The position numbers and the translations under genes are program-made. A stretch of 64,000 nt of DNA from an uncultured Desulfobacteraceae bacterium (GTDB taxonomy: Bacteria > Desulfobacterota > Desulfobacteria > Desulfobacterales > Desulfosalsimonadaceae), in the NCBI GenBank assembly GCA_964598885.1, contig CAZRES010000004.1, positions 5,545-69,544 on the forward strand, written 5' to 3'. The notes under the pieces were generated by a model that was given only the letters and a program-made list of their open reading frames with translations, was not told where the DNA came from and did no database searches. Shown here piece after piece: positions 27,437 through 36,090 of this stretch (its first letter is position 1; each line of letters opens with the position of its first letter).

Positions 27437-30196
27437 ATGGAGGAAAAGCGATACATCATCGGCATCGATCTTGGGACCACCAATTCTGCTGTTTCTTACG
27501 TGGATCTGCATGCCGAAAATACAAAAAAACGGGGCATCCGGCTGTTCAAGATTCCTCAGCTGACCGGTCCGGGGGAATTGAGCGCCCTGTCGGTGTTGCC
27601 GTCCTTTTGCTATCTGCCCGGCGCTTATGATATATCCGAGGCGGCCATTCAACTGCCCTGGGAACATGATGATCCCGGGTTTGTGGGCAGGTTCGCCCGG
27701 GATCACGGTTCCCGCATCCCCGCCCGGCTGGTGGCGTCGGCCAAGAGCTGGCTCTGCCACTCCGGAGCGGACCGGCGGGCCCCCATCCTGCCCTGGGGCT
27801 CGGGGGATGATGTCCGGAAAATTTCACCGGTCCAGGCCACTGCTCTCTATCTGAACCATATCCGGCTGGCATGGAACAGCCGGCAGGGCGATGACGACGC
27901 CCTTTATCTTGAAAACCAGACCATCATCATCACGGTGCCGGCGTCCTTTGATGAAGTGGCCCGCGATCTGACCGTCGAGGCCGCCGGCATGGCGGGGTTG
28001 AAAAATGTGACCCTTCTGGAAGAGCCCCTGGCCGCTTTTTACAGCTGGCTGATCGCCCATGAGACCGATTGGCAGGATCACATCCGGCCCGGCGAATTGG
28101 TGCTGGTTTGCGATGTGGGCGGCGGCACCACGGATTTCACTCTCATTACCCTGGATGAAACCGAAGGCGCGCCCCGTTTTGTCCGGATCGCCGTGGGAGA
28201 CCATCTGATCCTTGGAGGCGACAATATTGATCTGGCCCTGGCCCGGCATGTGGAAAAAGACTTGGCCGGGCCGGCGCCCCTGGCCGGAGATCAGTGGAAA
28301 ACCCTTTGCCACTTGTGCCGGCAGGCTAAGGAAAATATACTCAATTCCGATATCCCCGCCGATACCGTGACTATGATGGGCAAGGGCACGCGCCTGATCG
28401 GCGGGACCCTGAGTGCCAAAATTCGACGGGAGAGCCTTGAAAAAATTGTACTGGACGGGTTTTTTCCTCTGGTAAAGCGCGACAGCGGTATTCCCCCATC
28501 CGCAATCCGCAAGGGGATTTCCGAGTTCGGCCTTCCCTATGCCACGGAACCGGCCATCACCCGGCACATCGGTATATTTCTGGAAAAACACCGGGATGAA
28601 GTACATAATCTGCTGCAAAAGAAGCCGCTTCCCGATTTCATCCTTTTTAACGGCGGCTCATTGAAAGCGACCGTGGTCCAGGAGCGGATCCGGGAGGCCA
28701 TCCGGGCCTGGTTTTCCGAGCCTGACGAACGTCTTCCCAGGGTCCTGAAAAATTCCGATCCGGATCTGGCCGTTGCCCTGGGAGCGGGATACTATGGCCT
28801 GGTCAAGGCGGGGCAGGGGGTGCGCGTGGGCAGCGGCAGCGCCCGGGCCTATTATCTCGGCCTTTCCGGCACTGCGGCTGAAAAGGAAAATCAAGCCATA
28901 TGCCTGGTGGAACGCGGCACCGAGGAAGGAGTGCGGATTCATCTGCCGGACCGCGTGTTTGAGGTGCTCACAAATCAACCGGTTCATTTCGCGCTTTACA
29001 GTTCCAGTTTTCGAAGCGGCGACAAAACCGGAGACCTGATTCCCGTGGACGACACCCTGACGCCTCTTCCGCCGGTGCAGACCGTGATCCAGTTCGGGCA
29101 AAAGGGGGTGAAGACCGCCATTCCCGTACAGATAGAAGCCGAATATACGGAAATGGGTATATTGGCCATCTGGTGCCGGTCTCTGTCCAGTCCGCACCGA
29201 TGGCGGCTTCAGTTCCAACTGCGGAGCGCCGATGCCGATACCGGGGTCCGGGACGCCGAGGTGTTTGAAGCTGATGTGGTGGATAAAGCCGTCTCTTTGC
29301 TTGAACAGGCTTTTTCCGAGCATGCCGACGGGGCGTCGCTGAACCGGATCGTTAAATCCATATCCGGGGTTGTGGGGCGCTCCCGGGAAAAATGGCCGCT
29401 CAGCTTTATCCGGACGCTGGCGGATCAGCTGTTAAGAATGCTTCCCAACCGCCGGTATTCCCCGGAACATGAAATCCGCTGGATGAACCTGACCGGGTAC
29501 TGCTTGCGACCCGGATTCGGCGATGGGCTGGATGAACAGCGAATCCGGCAATTATGGAAGATCTACAAACCGGGTGTTTTGTTCGGCAAAAATCCCCAGG
29601 CCAGCCAGGAATGGTGGATCCTCTGGCGTCGGGTGGCGGGCGGGCTTTCTTCCGGTCAGCAGCGGCAGTTTATCCAGGATGCGCGATCCCGGATTATTCC
29701 GCGAAAAGGAACAAAGATCAAAATCCGGCCCCAGGAACACTATGAGGTCTGGATGGCCGTTGCCAATATGGAACGCCTGGGCGTAAGGGATAAAATCGAG
29801 TTCGGACGGCAGCTGTTAAAAACCATTCAGCCCCGGAAGATTATTTTGCAACTGGTCTGGTCTCTATCGCGGATCGGGGCCAGGGACCTGCTTTACGGTC
29901 CGGTGGACCGAGTGGTGCCGTCTTCGGAAGCGGCGGAATGGGCGAACCGGCTCATGGAACTGGAGCCGCGCAACCCGATTCCCGTGGGCAATGCGCTGGT
30001 TCAAATGACGCGAAAGACCGGGGATCGCGCCCGGGATATGGATTCAAAGACCATTGATCGCGTGTCGGTTTGGCTGGAACAGCACCAGATGACCGATAAG
30101 ATAAGGTTTCTGACCATGGTGATTCCCATGGAGCGTCAGGACGAAACCCTGATGTTCGGGGAGGAACTTCCTTCCGGAATCACCCTCAAACAATAA
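27437..30196 (+). CDS. Non-canonical Hsp70-family ATPase (long paralogue with a helical C-terminal extension of about 320 aa)
   Basis: The internal ATG at 27437 gives MEEKRYIIGIDLGTTNSAVSYV. Other motifs are VCDVGGGTTDFTLI and LFNGGSLK. The module homologous to the preceding gene ends LAIWCRSLSSPHRWRLQFQLR. It is followed by a W/R/L-rich helical tail. Confidence 0.9.
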   Translation: MEEKRYIIGIDLGTTNSAVSYVDLHAENTKKRGIRLFKIPQLTGPGELSALSVLPSFCYLPGAYDISEAAIQLPWEHDDPGFVGRFARDHGSRIPARLVASAKSWLCHSGADRRAPILPWGSGDDVRKISPVQATALYLNHIRLAWNSRQGDDDALYLENQTIIITVPASFDEVARDLTVEAAGMAGLKNVTLLEEPLAAFYSWLIAHETDWQDHIRPGELVLVCDVGGGTTDFTLITLDETEGAPRFVRIAVGDHLILGGDNIDLALARHVEKDLAGPAPLAGDQWKTLCHLCRQAKENILNSDIPADTVTMMGKGTRLIGGTLSAKIRRESLEKIVLDGFFPLVKRDSGIPPSAIRKGISEFGLPYATEPAITRHIGIFLEKHRDEVHNLLQKKPLPDFILFNGGSLKATVVQERIREAIRAWFSEPDERLPRVLKNSDPDLAVALGAGYYGLVKAGQGVRVGSGSARAYYLGLSGTAAEKENQAICLVERGTEEGVRIHLPDRVFEVLTNQPVHFALYSSSFRSGDKTGDLIPVDDTLTPLPPVQTVIQFGQKGVKTAIPVQIEAEYTEMGILAIWCRSLSSPHRWRLQFQLRSADADTGVRDAEVFEADVVDKAVSLLEQAFSEHADGASLNRIVKSISGVVGRSREKWPLSFIRTLADQLLRMLPNRRYSPEHEIRWMNLTGYCLRPGFGDGLDEQRIRQLWKIYKPGVLFGKNPQASQEWWILWRRVAGGLSSGQQRQFIQDARSRIIPRKGTKIKIRPQEHYEVWMAVANMERLGVRDKIEFGRQLLKTIQPRKIILQLVWSLSRIGARDLLYGPVDRVVPSSEAAEWANRLMELEPRNPIPVGNALVQMTRKTGDRARDMDSKTIDRVSVWLEQHQMTDKIRFLTMVIPMERQDETLMFGEELPSGITLKQ

Positions 30197-30365
30197 GGCG
30201 CTCGGGCGGAATGTTTCGGGTTGTTTCGTTCCGCTCTTGAGATTCGCCGGACAATAAGGTAGGTTGCCTCCATATGATTTGAGGAGAACGTGGCCGCATG
30301 ACGGCGTCGCGCCGTGACGGTCTGCGATCGTAACGTTTGGAAAAGAAAAAAGGAGATCCGGAACA

Positions 30366-30581
30366 ATGGGATCATCCGACAGGATTACCATCAACGCCCG
30401 CATCCGCATTCCCGCCGGGATTGTCGAAACTGTCGTTAAAAACGCCAAGCAGATCGCCGGGGTGGATGAAAAGGGAGTTTATCGGGTGGACACCGCGGAA
30501 AAACTCAATGAATTGATCGGTCATTTTCTGGAAGCCCGGGACTTTGCCGGATATGTCAGCGATATTCGAAATTATACATAG
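30366..30581 (+). CDS. Hypothetical 71-aa protein
   Basis: The ATG is preceded by aaaaggag with a 9-nt spacing. The composition is balanced (MGSSDRITINARIRIPAGIVETVVKNAKQIAG...). It ends 3 nt before the next ORF. I recognise no family. Confidence 0.5.
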   Translation: MGSSDRITINARIRIPAGIVETVVKNAKQIAGVDEKGVYRVDTAEKLNELIGHFLEARDFAGYVSDIRNYT

Positions 30582-30584
30582 CAA

Positions 30585-31376
30585 TTGTCGGCTGCATCAG
30601 GGCGTCGGCGGGTGGCGAGCGTGAAGCCATGGCTGGTGGCGCATCGCGGCGCCATGGCGGAAGCCCCGGAAAACACCCGGTCCGCTTTTGACAGAGCATT
30701 GTCTTATCCGGTGGACGGCATTGAGTTGGATGTTCAGAGCTCCAGCGACGGGGTTCCGGTAATTTATCATGATGACACCTTGAAAAAAATCAGCGGCAGT
30801 TTTCGGGCGGTCGCGGATTATCCTTTTGATCATCTATCCGCAACGGACGCAGGGCGGTGGTTTTCCCCCGTATATGCCGGTGAACGGCTCATGACGCTGG
30901 AAGAAGTTTTTACATCCTATGGGACCAGGACCCGTTTGATGGTGGAAATCAAACCCCCGGTGCGGGAAAAACACCAGGCTCTCTGTCGGAAATTGGCCCG
31001 AACCGTTGCGGAAATGATGAGAGAACGGGTTCCGGCGGATATGCAGGAAAACATGTACGTGCTTTCCTTTGATCCCGAATTGCTCAAAATCGTGCGGGAG
31101 CGTGATCCGGACCGCCGCTGCGTTTTAAACCTGAATCAGCCGATAGAGCGGGTTTCCGATTTGGGGATCCCCATCGATGCGCTGCATGGCTGGGGCCTGG
31201 AACTTACCCGGTTGAATCGGAATTTTATCGCTCTGGGCCATGGTCATGGGCAGAAAATCATGACCTATTCCTGCAATACCGGCAAAACCATTCGCCGGGC
31301 CCTTGATCTGGGCGTGGATGTCATCATGACCGATGACCCCGGCAGCGCGCATTCTTACATTAAACAATTGGATTAA
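30585..31376 (+). CDS. Glycerophosphodiester phosphodiesterase family protein
   Basis: 263-aa ORF with the GDPD motifs VAHRGAMAEAPENT, IELDVQ and the HDD region. The start is uncertain: TTG at 30585 or GTG at 30621. Confidence 0.85.
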   Translation: MSAASGRRRVASVKPWLVAHRGAMAEAPENTRSAFDRALSYPVDGIELDVQSSSDGVPVIYHDDTLKKISGSFRAVADYPFDHLSATDAGRWFSPVYAGERLMTLEEVFTSYGTRTRLMVEIKPPVREKHQALCRKLARTVAEMMRERVPADMQENMYVLSFDPELLKIVRERDPDRRCVLNLNQPIERVSDLGIPIDALHGWGLELTRLNRNFIALGHGHGQKIMTYSCNTGKTIRRALDLGVDVIMTDDPGSAHSYIKQLD

Positions 31377-31444
31377 AAAAAATTTCATATATTATCGGCA
31401 ATATCAGTAAAAATCTAACTAAAAACCTGTATGACCGTCAGGGG

Positions 31445-33190
31445 ATGAGGGATGGCATGAAAAGACAAATAATGTTGCTTTTGTTTATTTTCCTAATGTG
31501 GCCCGGTCATGTGCTGCGGGCCGCTGATATTCCTACGAACGTGACCTTGAGCGCCACCGTCAATACGATCACGGTCACCTGGACCCGCGAAAGCCTGGCG
31601 GAAGGCTATTATGTATATTGGGGGACGACATCCGGCAATCTCAGCAACCGCGATCAGGTAGATTCTTCGGACACCAGCTACACCATTTCCGGGCTGCAGC
31701 AGGGGACGACCTATTATGTGGCGGTTTCATCATTCTCCGCCGGATCGGAATCCCAGAAATCCGTCGTCAAATCTATTACCACAAGCACGGATACGGCGGC
31801 TCCCCAAAAACCCTCAGGCCTGGACGTGACCGCCTTGAGCGCCGTCACCGGAACATCGGCGACCCTGCGCTGGAATGCCAATTCTGAAACCGATCTGAGT
31901 CATTACAATCTGTATTGGGGCACACTATCCGGCAATTACAGTGCGATAGTCGAAGCCGCCGTAAATGAGAATACCTCCTTTACCGTCACCGGCCTGAATG
32001 GAGCCATGCGCTATTACGCTGCCGTCACAGCTGTGGATGAAACGGGTAACGAATCGGATTTTTCCGATGAAATCATCATTGACACGCTTCCGGACACGCG
32101 GCCGCCAAAAGTTCCTGCAGGAGTGACCAGCCGCTTGAGTGGTTTTCGTGAAATCACCATCAGCATTGAAAACGGTAATTCCGCCATGGTCGATTTTGCC
32201 GGTCATATTATCCATTATGGAACCGCAGCAGGTCACTATACGAAAACTCTTGATATCGGCAACAGCATGACGCATGTTTTTGCCGATTTGACGGATGATA
32301 CCACATGGTTTTTTACCGTAAAGGCCTATGACGCCGACGGTAATGAAAGCAATCCATCTGAAGAGGTTTCTGCTGAAGTCGAGGATACCCGTGCATTTCT
32401 GGATCAGGAAAGTTTTGATGGCGGCTGTTTTATTTCATCAACGGGAACCAAATCCCCGGTTTGGCAGAAGGCGCTGTTTTTCGGACTGGCATTGGCCGTG
32501 ATCCTGTTATATGGTTGCTTAAGCAGACCACAAGTTGCGCTGATGGGAGCGATTTGTTCGGCGTTTATCCGGCGGTTTGTTCACCGGATTGCCGGCTGCC
32601 TGATGGCTGCGATGATTTTGGTCGGCGCCATGGCAGTGGAAGCGGATGCCGAAGAAAGGGTTGGCGACAATCTGGTGGGCGTGTCCGCCGGCTGGCTGAT
32701 CCCGGCGGAATCCGAATTTGAAAATCATTATGGAGACGACACGTATCCGGTTTTTGCGTTTTTTGAGCGCCGTATCGGGAAATTTTTTTCTGTGGGCGTC
32801 GAATCCGGGTTCATGAAAAAGACCGGTAAGCGGCTGACCGTATCCGGGGACCTTACAGATATTGACACCAAGTTTACCCTGGTGCCGGTGACAGCTTCCG
32901 TGAAACTGCACATGAAGCTGTTTCCCTATATTTCCGGATTTATCGGCGCCGGACCAGACTACTGGTATTGCCGCGAAAAGACCAAAATCAATGTCCGTGA
33001 TCCCAAAACGGAAAAATGGGTCGGCGGGTGGCACGGCCGGGCCGGTCTGACGCTTTTTAACATGGACCCGCGCTATGAGAACACCGGAGCGATCATTGAA
33101 ACGGTCTACAGCGAGATCGACCGGTTCGGCGGCAACCATCGTGATATCGGCGGCGTCAGTTTCCGACTCGGCTTTTTTTACGGATTTTAG
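31445..33190 (+). CDS. Composite exported protein: signal peptide, three FN3 domains, a GGCFISS motif plus TM helix, a second signal-peptide-like segment, and a small OMP-type beta-barrel ending in F
   Basis: 581-aa continuous ORF. FN3 signatures recur three times (VTWT..Y.VYWG, LRWN...Y.LYWG, YY.AV..D..GNES). GGCFI is at aa 326-330 (nt 32420-32434). The hydrophobic helix is ALFFGLALAVILLYGCL, followed by SR. M367 (nt 32543) opens MGAICSAFIRRFVHRIAGCLMAAMILVGAMAVEADA. The tail has alternating beta-strand-like sequence ending GVSFRLGFFYGF. Confidence 0.75.
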   Translation: MRDGMKRQIMLLLFIFLMWPGHVLRAADIPTNVTLSATVNTITVTWTRESLAEGYYVYWGTTSGNLSNRDQVDSSDTSYTISGLQQGTTYYVAVSSFSAGSESQKSVVKSITTSTDTAAPQKPSGLDVTALSAVTGTSATLRWNANSETDLSHYNLYWGTLSGNYSAIVEAAVNENTSFTVTGLNGAMRYYAAVTAVDETGNESDFSDEIIIDTLPDTRPPKVPAGVTSRLSGFREITISIENGNSAMVDFAGHIIHYGTAAGHYTKTLDIGNSMTHVFADLTDDTTWFFTVKAYDADGNESNPSEEVSAEVEDTRAFLDQESFDGGCFISSTGTKSPVWQKALFFGLALAVILLYGCLSRPQVALMGAICSAFIRRFVHRIAGCLMAAMILVGAMAVEADAEERVGDNLVGVSAGWLIPAESEFENHYGDDTYPVFAFFERRIGKFFSVGVESGFMKKTGKRLTVSGDLTDIDTKFTLVPVTASVKLHMKLFPYISGFIGAGPDYWYCREKTKINVRDPKTEKWVGGWHGRAGLTLFNMDPRYENTGAIIETVYSEIDRFGGNHRDIGGVSFRLGFFYGF

Positions 33191-33196
33191 CACGCA

Positions 33197-33940
33197 ATGA
33201 AGGTGGTGTTCGACACACTGTTTCATGAGGTATATGCGTCGGATCCGGCCGCTGTCATCGGGCGCATGCAGGCGGCGGTCGCGCTGCTGCCCGCCGAGGT
33301 TGAACTGGTCGCTCCCGAGCCGGCTAGCAGGCGCGAGATTGAACTGGCGCATACTTCCGGTCATATAGACGATGTCCGGCACGATGGGGTTTACGACATT
33401 GCCGCCCTGGCCGCCGGCGGGGCCATTATGGCGGCCCGTATCGGCATGGAGGACCCCTGTTTTGCCCTGATTCGCCCGCCGGGGCATCATGCGTCCGCGG
33501 ACACGGCCTGGGGGTTCTGCTATTTTAACAACATGGCCATTGCGCTGCTTTGTCTGAAATCCGAGAACCTGATCCAGTCGGCCCTGGTGCTGGATATCGA
33601 TCTTCATTACGGCGACGGCACTATCAACATTCTGGGAGACCGGGACTGGGTCAGTATTCACAATCCGGCCAAAAACCGGAGGCAGGAGTACGTAAGGGAC
33701 GTGGAAGAGGCGTTGGATGCCAATAAAGTGGATATGATCGGCGTTTCCGCCGGATTCGATCACCACCGTCGGGACTGGGGCGGGCTCCTGGAAACCGAGG
33801 ATTATCAGGAGATCGGGCGCCTGGTGCGGGCCGCGGCCCGGAAAAACCAGGGTGGATGCTTTGGGGTGTTTGAGGGGGGATACAATCACCAGGTTCTGGG
33901 TCAAAACGTGGCGGCTTTTGTCAGCGGGATGACGCCATGA
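33197..33940 (+). CDS. Compact histone-deacetylase/acetoin-utilisation (arginase-fold deacetylase) family protein
   Basis: 247-aa ORF with IRPPGHHA, VLDIDLHYGDGT, SAGFDHH and FEGGYN motifs. Its stop overlaps the ispF ATG (33937-33940). Confidence 0.85.
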   Translation: MKVVFDTLFHEVYASDPAAVIGRMQAAVALLPAEVELVAPEPASRREIELAHTSGHIDDVRHDGVYDIAALAAGGAIMAARIGMEDPCFALIRPPGHHASADTAWGFCYFNNMAIALLCLKSENLIQSALVLDIDLHYGDGTINILGDRDWVSIHNPAKNRRQEYVRDVEEALDANKVDMIGVSAGFDHHRRDWGGLLETEDYQEIGRLVRAAARKNQGGCFGVFEGGYNHQVLGQNVAAFVSGMTP

Positions 33941-34404
33941 GGGTGGGCATTGGATACGATGTTCATGCGTTTGCCGATGATCGGATACTGGTGCTGGGCG
34001 GGGAGGCCATTCCCCATGAGCAGGGGTTGGCGGGCCATTCGGATTCCGACGTGCTGGTGCACGCGGTTTGCGACGCGCTCCTCGGGGCCGCCGGCATGGG
34101 GGATATCGGCCGGCATTTTCCGGATACGGACCCGGCCTTCAAGGATATCCGCAGCATGGTGCTGCTGGAACGGATCATGGATTTGATTCGTTCCAGGGGG
34201 CTGGCCGTGACCAATATCGACGCCACGATTCTTGCCGAAGCTCCTCGAATGTGGCCGCATATTCCGGCCATGCGGAAAAATATCAGTCAGGTCCTGGGCG
34301 TGCCGTTAGAGGACGTCAACATTAAGGCCACCACTTCGGAAAACCTGGGCTTTATCGGGAGAAGGGAAGGCATTGCCGCTATGTGTGCGGCTCTGCTGGA
34401 TTGA
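33937..34404 (+). CDS. ispF: 2-C-methyl-D-erythritol 2,4-cyclodiphosphate synthase
   Basis: 155-aa ORF with MRVGIGYDVHAF, GHSDSDVLVHAVCDALLGA and GDIGRHFPDTD. Confidence 0.95.
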   Translation: MRVGIGYDVHAFADDRILVLGGEAIPHEQGLAGHSDSDVLVHAVCDALLGAAGMGDIGRHFPDTDPAFKDIRSMVLLERIMDLIRSRGLAVTNIDATILAEAPRMWPHIPAMRKNISQVLGVPLEDVNIKATTSENLGFIGRREGIAAMCAALLD

Positions 34405-34595
34405 TGGGTTTTCACTGCGACCGGACCGCCGCGATGTCCTGGATGGTTTTGAAAACCATAACGTATGTTGGTTCCGCAACGCGTCGGATTTTTTGCTGAT
34501 AGAGTTTTTCAGGGCGCGATTTTTTTTGAAATCCACGATCCCGCGCAACACCGGCGCACTGCGGTTCTGTCAACTTTACCGAAAATGGAATTTTT

Positions 34596-36062
34596 ATGAC
34601 GATTCGTGTTTACAATACCCTAACCCGGGGCAAAGAACCGTTGGAACCCATGACTCCCGGCAAGGTGCGGATGTATGTCTGCGGGCCCACGGTCTATGAC
34701 TCCTGCCATATCGGGCATGCCCGTTCCGTGGTGGTGTTTGATATGATTTTCCGATACCTGACCGCGTGCGGGTATGAGGTCACCTATGTGCGCAATTTTA
34801 CGGACATCGACGACAAGATCATTAACCGTGCCAAGGAACTGGGTATGACTACCCAGGCCCTGGCGGAAAAATACATCATTGAATTTCACCAGGACATGGA
34901 TGCCCTGAACAATTTGCGGCCCACCATTGAACCCAAAGCCACGGAGCATATTCCCCGGATTATCGCCGTGATCCAGCGTCTGGTTGAAAAGGAATACGCC
35001 TATGCAATAGACGGAGATGTATTTTTCCGGGTACGCGCCCATGAAGGATACGGTAAACTTTCCGGCCGGAAGCTTGACGACATGGAAGCCGGCGCCCGGG
35101 TCGATATCGATCCGAGAAAGGAAAATCCCTTTGATTTCGTGTTATGGAAGGCCTCCAAGCCGGGCGAGCCTTTCTGGGAGAGTCCCTGGGGAAAGGGACG
35201 ACCCGGATGGCACATTGAATGCTCGGCCATGAGCGCGGACTATCTGGGGGAGAGCTTTGACATCCACGGCGGGGGCAAGGATCTGATTTTCCCCCATCAT
35301 GAAAACGAAATCGCCCAATCCGAGGCCGCCTTCGGCAAAACGTTTGTCAAATACTGGCTGCACAATGGATTCGTCAATATCGACCAGGAAAAGATGTCCA
35401 AATCCCTGGGAAATTTCCGCACGATCCGGGAAATCCTGAAAACCTGCCATCCCGAAGCCCTGCGCCTGTTTCTCCTCTCCAGCCATTACCGGAGTCCGGT
35501 GGATTTCAATGGCCAGGCCATCCGGGATGCCGGGGTTTCCCTGGACAAAATTTACGCTCTTCTGGAACGGATCGAAAAAAGTACGGGGGGTCTGCCGCCG
35601 ATGAAAGGGGGGACAACGGCTCCGGGAGAAGACCAGAGCGAAGACTGGCGGCGTTTCTGTGAGGCCATGAACGATGATTTCAATTCGGCAATGGCCACCG
35701 GGATTCTGTTTGACGTCGTCCGGAATTTGAACCGGCGGCTGGATGTCCGGGAGGCGAATGCCGATGGCGAGGAAAAAGATACAGCGGCTCTTGTTTCGTC
35801 TGCCATTGATCTGCTGCGCATGGGACGGATCTTGGGAATCATGGCCGAACCACCTGGTACATACATGGCACGCCAACGGGAGACGGCCATGGCGGATAAT
35901 GCCGTTGATCCCGAAACCGTCGAAGCATTGATCCGGGAGCGAAAAGCGGCCCGGGGCAGACGGGATTTTGCCGCGGCTGATGCCATCCGGGACCGGCTCA
36001 AGGCCATGAATATCGTGCTGGAGGACCGATCCGACGGCACCAGCTGGAAATTTATCCGGTAA
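34596..36062 (+). CDS. cysS: Cysteine--tRNA ligase
   Basis: 488-aa ORF with [18 protein letters not shown] (HIGH) and KMSKSLGN. Confidence 0.95.
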   Translation: MTIRVYNTLTRGKEPLEPMTPGKVRMYVCGPTVYDSCHIGHARSVVVFDMIFRYLTACGYEVTYVRNFTDIDDKIINRAKELGMTTQALAEKYIIEFHQDMDALNNLRPTIEPKATEHIPRIIAVIQRLVEKEYAYAIDGDVFFRVRAHEGYGKLSGRKLDDMEAGARVDIDPRKENPFDFVLWKASKPGEPFWESPWGKGRPGWHIECSAMSADYLGESFDIHGGGKDLIFPHHENEIAQSEAAFGKTFVKYWLHNGFVNIDQEKMSKSLGNFRTIREILKTCHPEALRLFLLSSHYRSPVDFNGQAIRDAGVSLDKIYALLERIEKSTGGLPPMKGGTTAPGEDQSEDWRRFCEAMNDDFNSAMATGILFDVVRNLNRRLDVREANADGEEKDTAALVSSAIDLLRMGRILGIMAEPPGTYMARQRETAMADNAVDPETVEALIRERKAARGRRDFAAADAIRDRLKAMNIVLEDRSDGTSWKFIR

Positions 36063-36090
36063 TTCGTTACGCCGCTCGCGGTTATTCTTC

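Noticed and set aside
32511-32550. Possible frameshift or 1-nt stop/start overlap (TGATG at 32541-32545) that would split the FN3 and barrel halves
   Set aside because: The TGA is out of frame with the upstream reading frame as given. I cannot demonstrate a frameshift from the sequence alone, so I keep it only as a hypothesis inside the composite-ORF finding.
32519-33904. 461-aa minus-strand ORF spanning the FN3/OMP gene and the HDAC-like gene
   Set aside because: It is antisense to two ORFs with clear domain signatures. Its composition is R/G/P/H-rich with no recognisable motifs, which is typical of shadow ORFs in GC-rich coding DNA.
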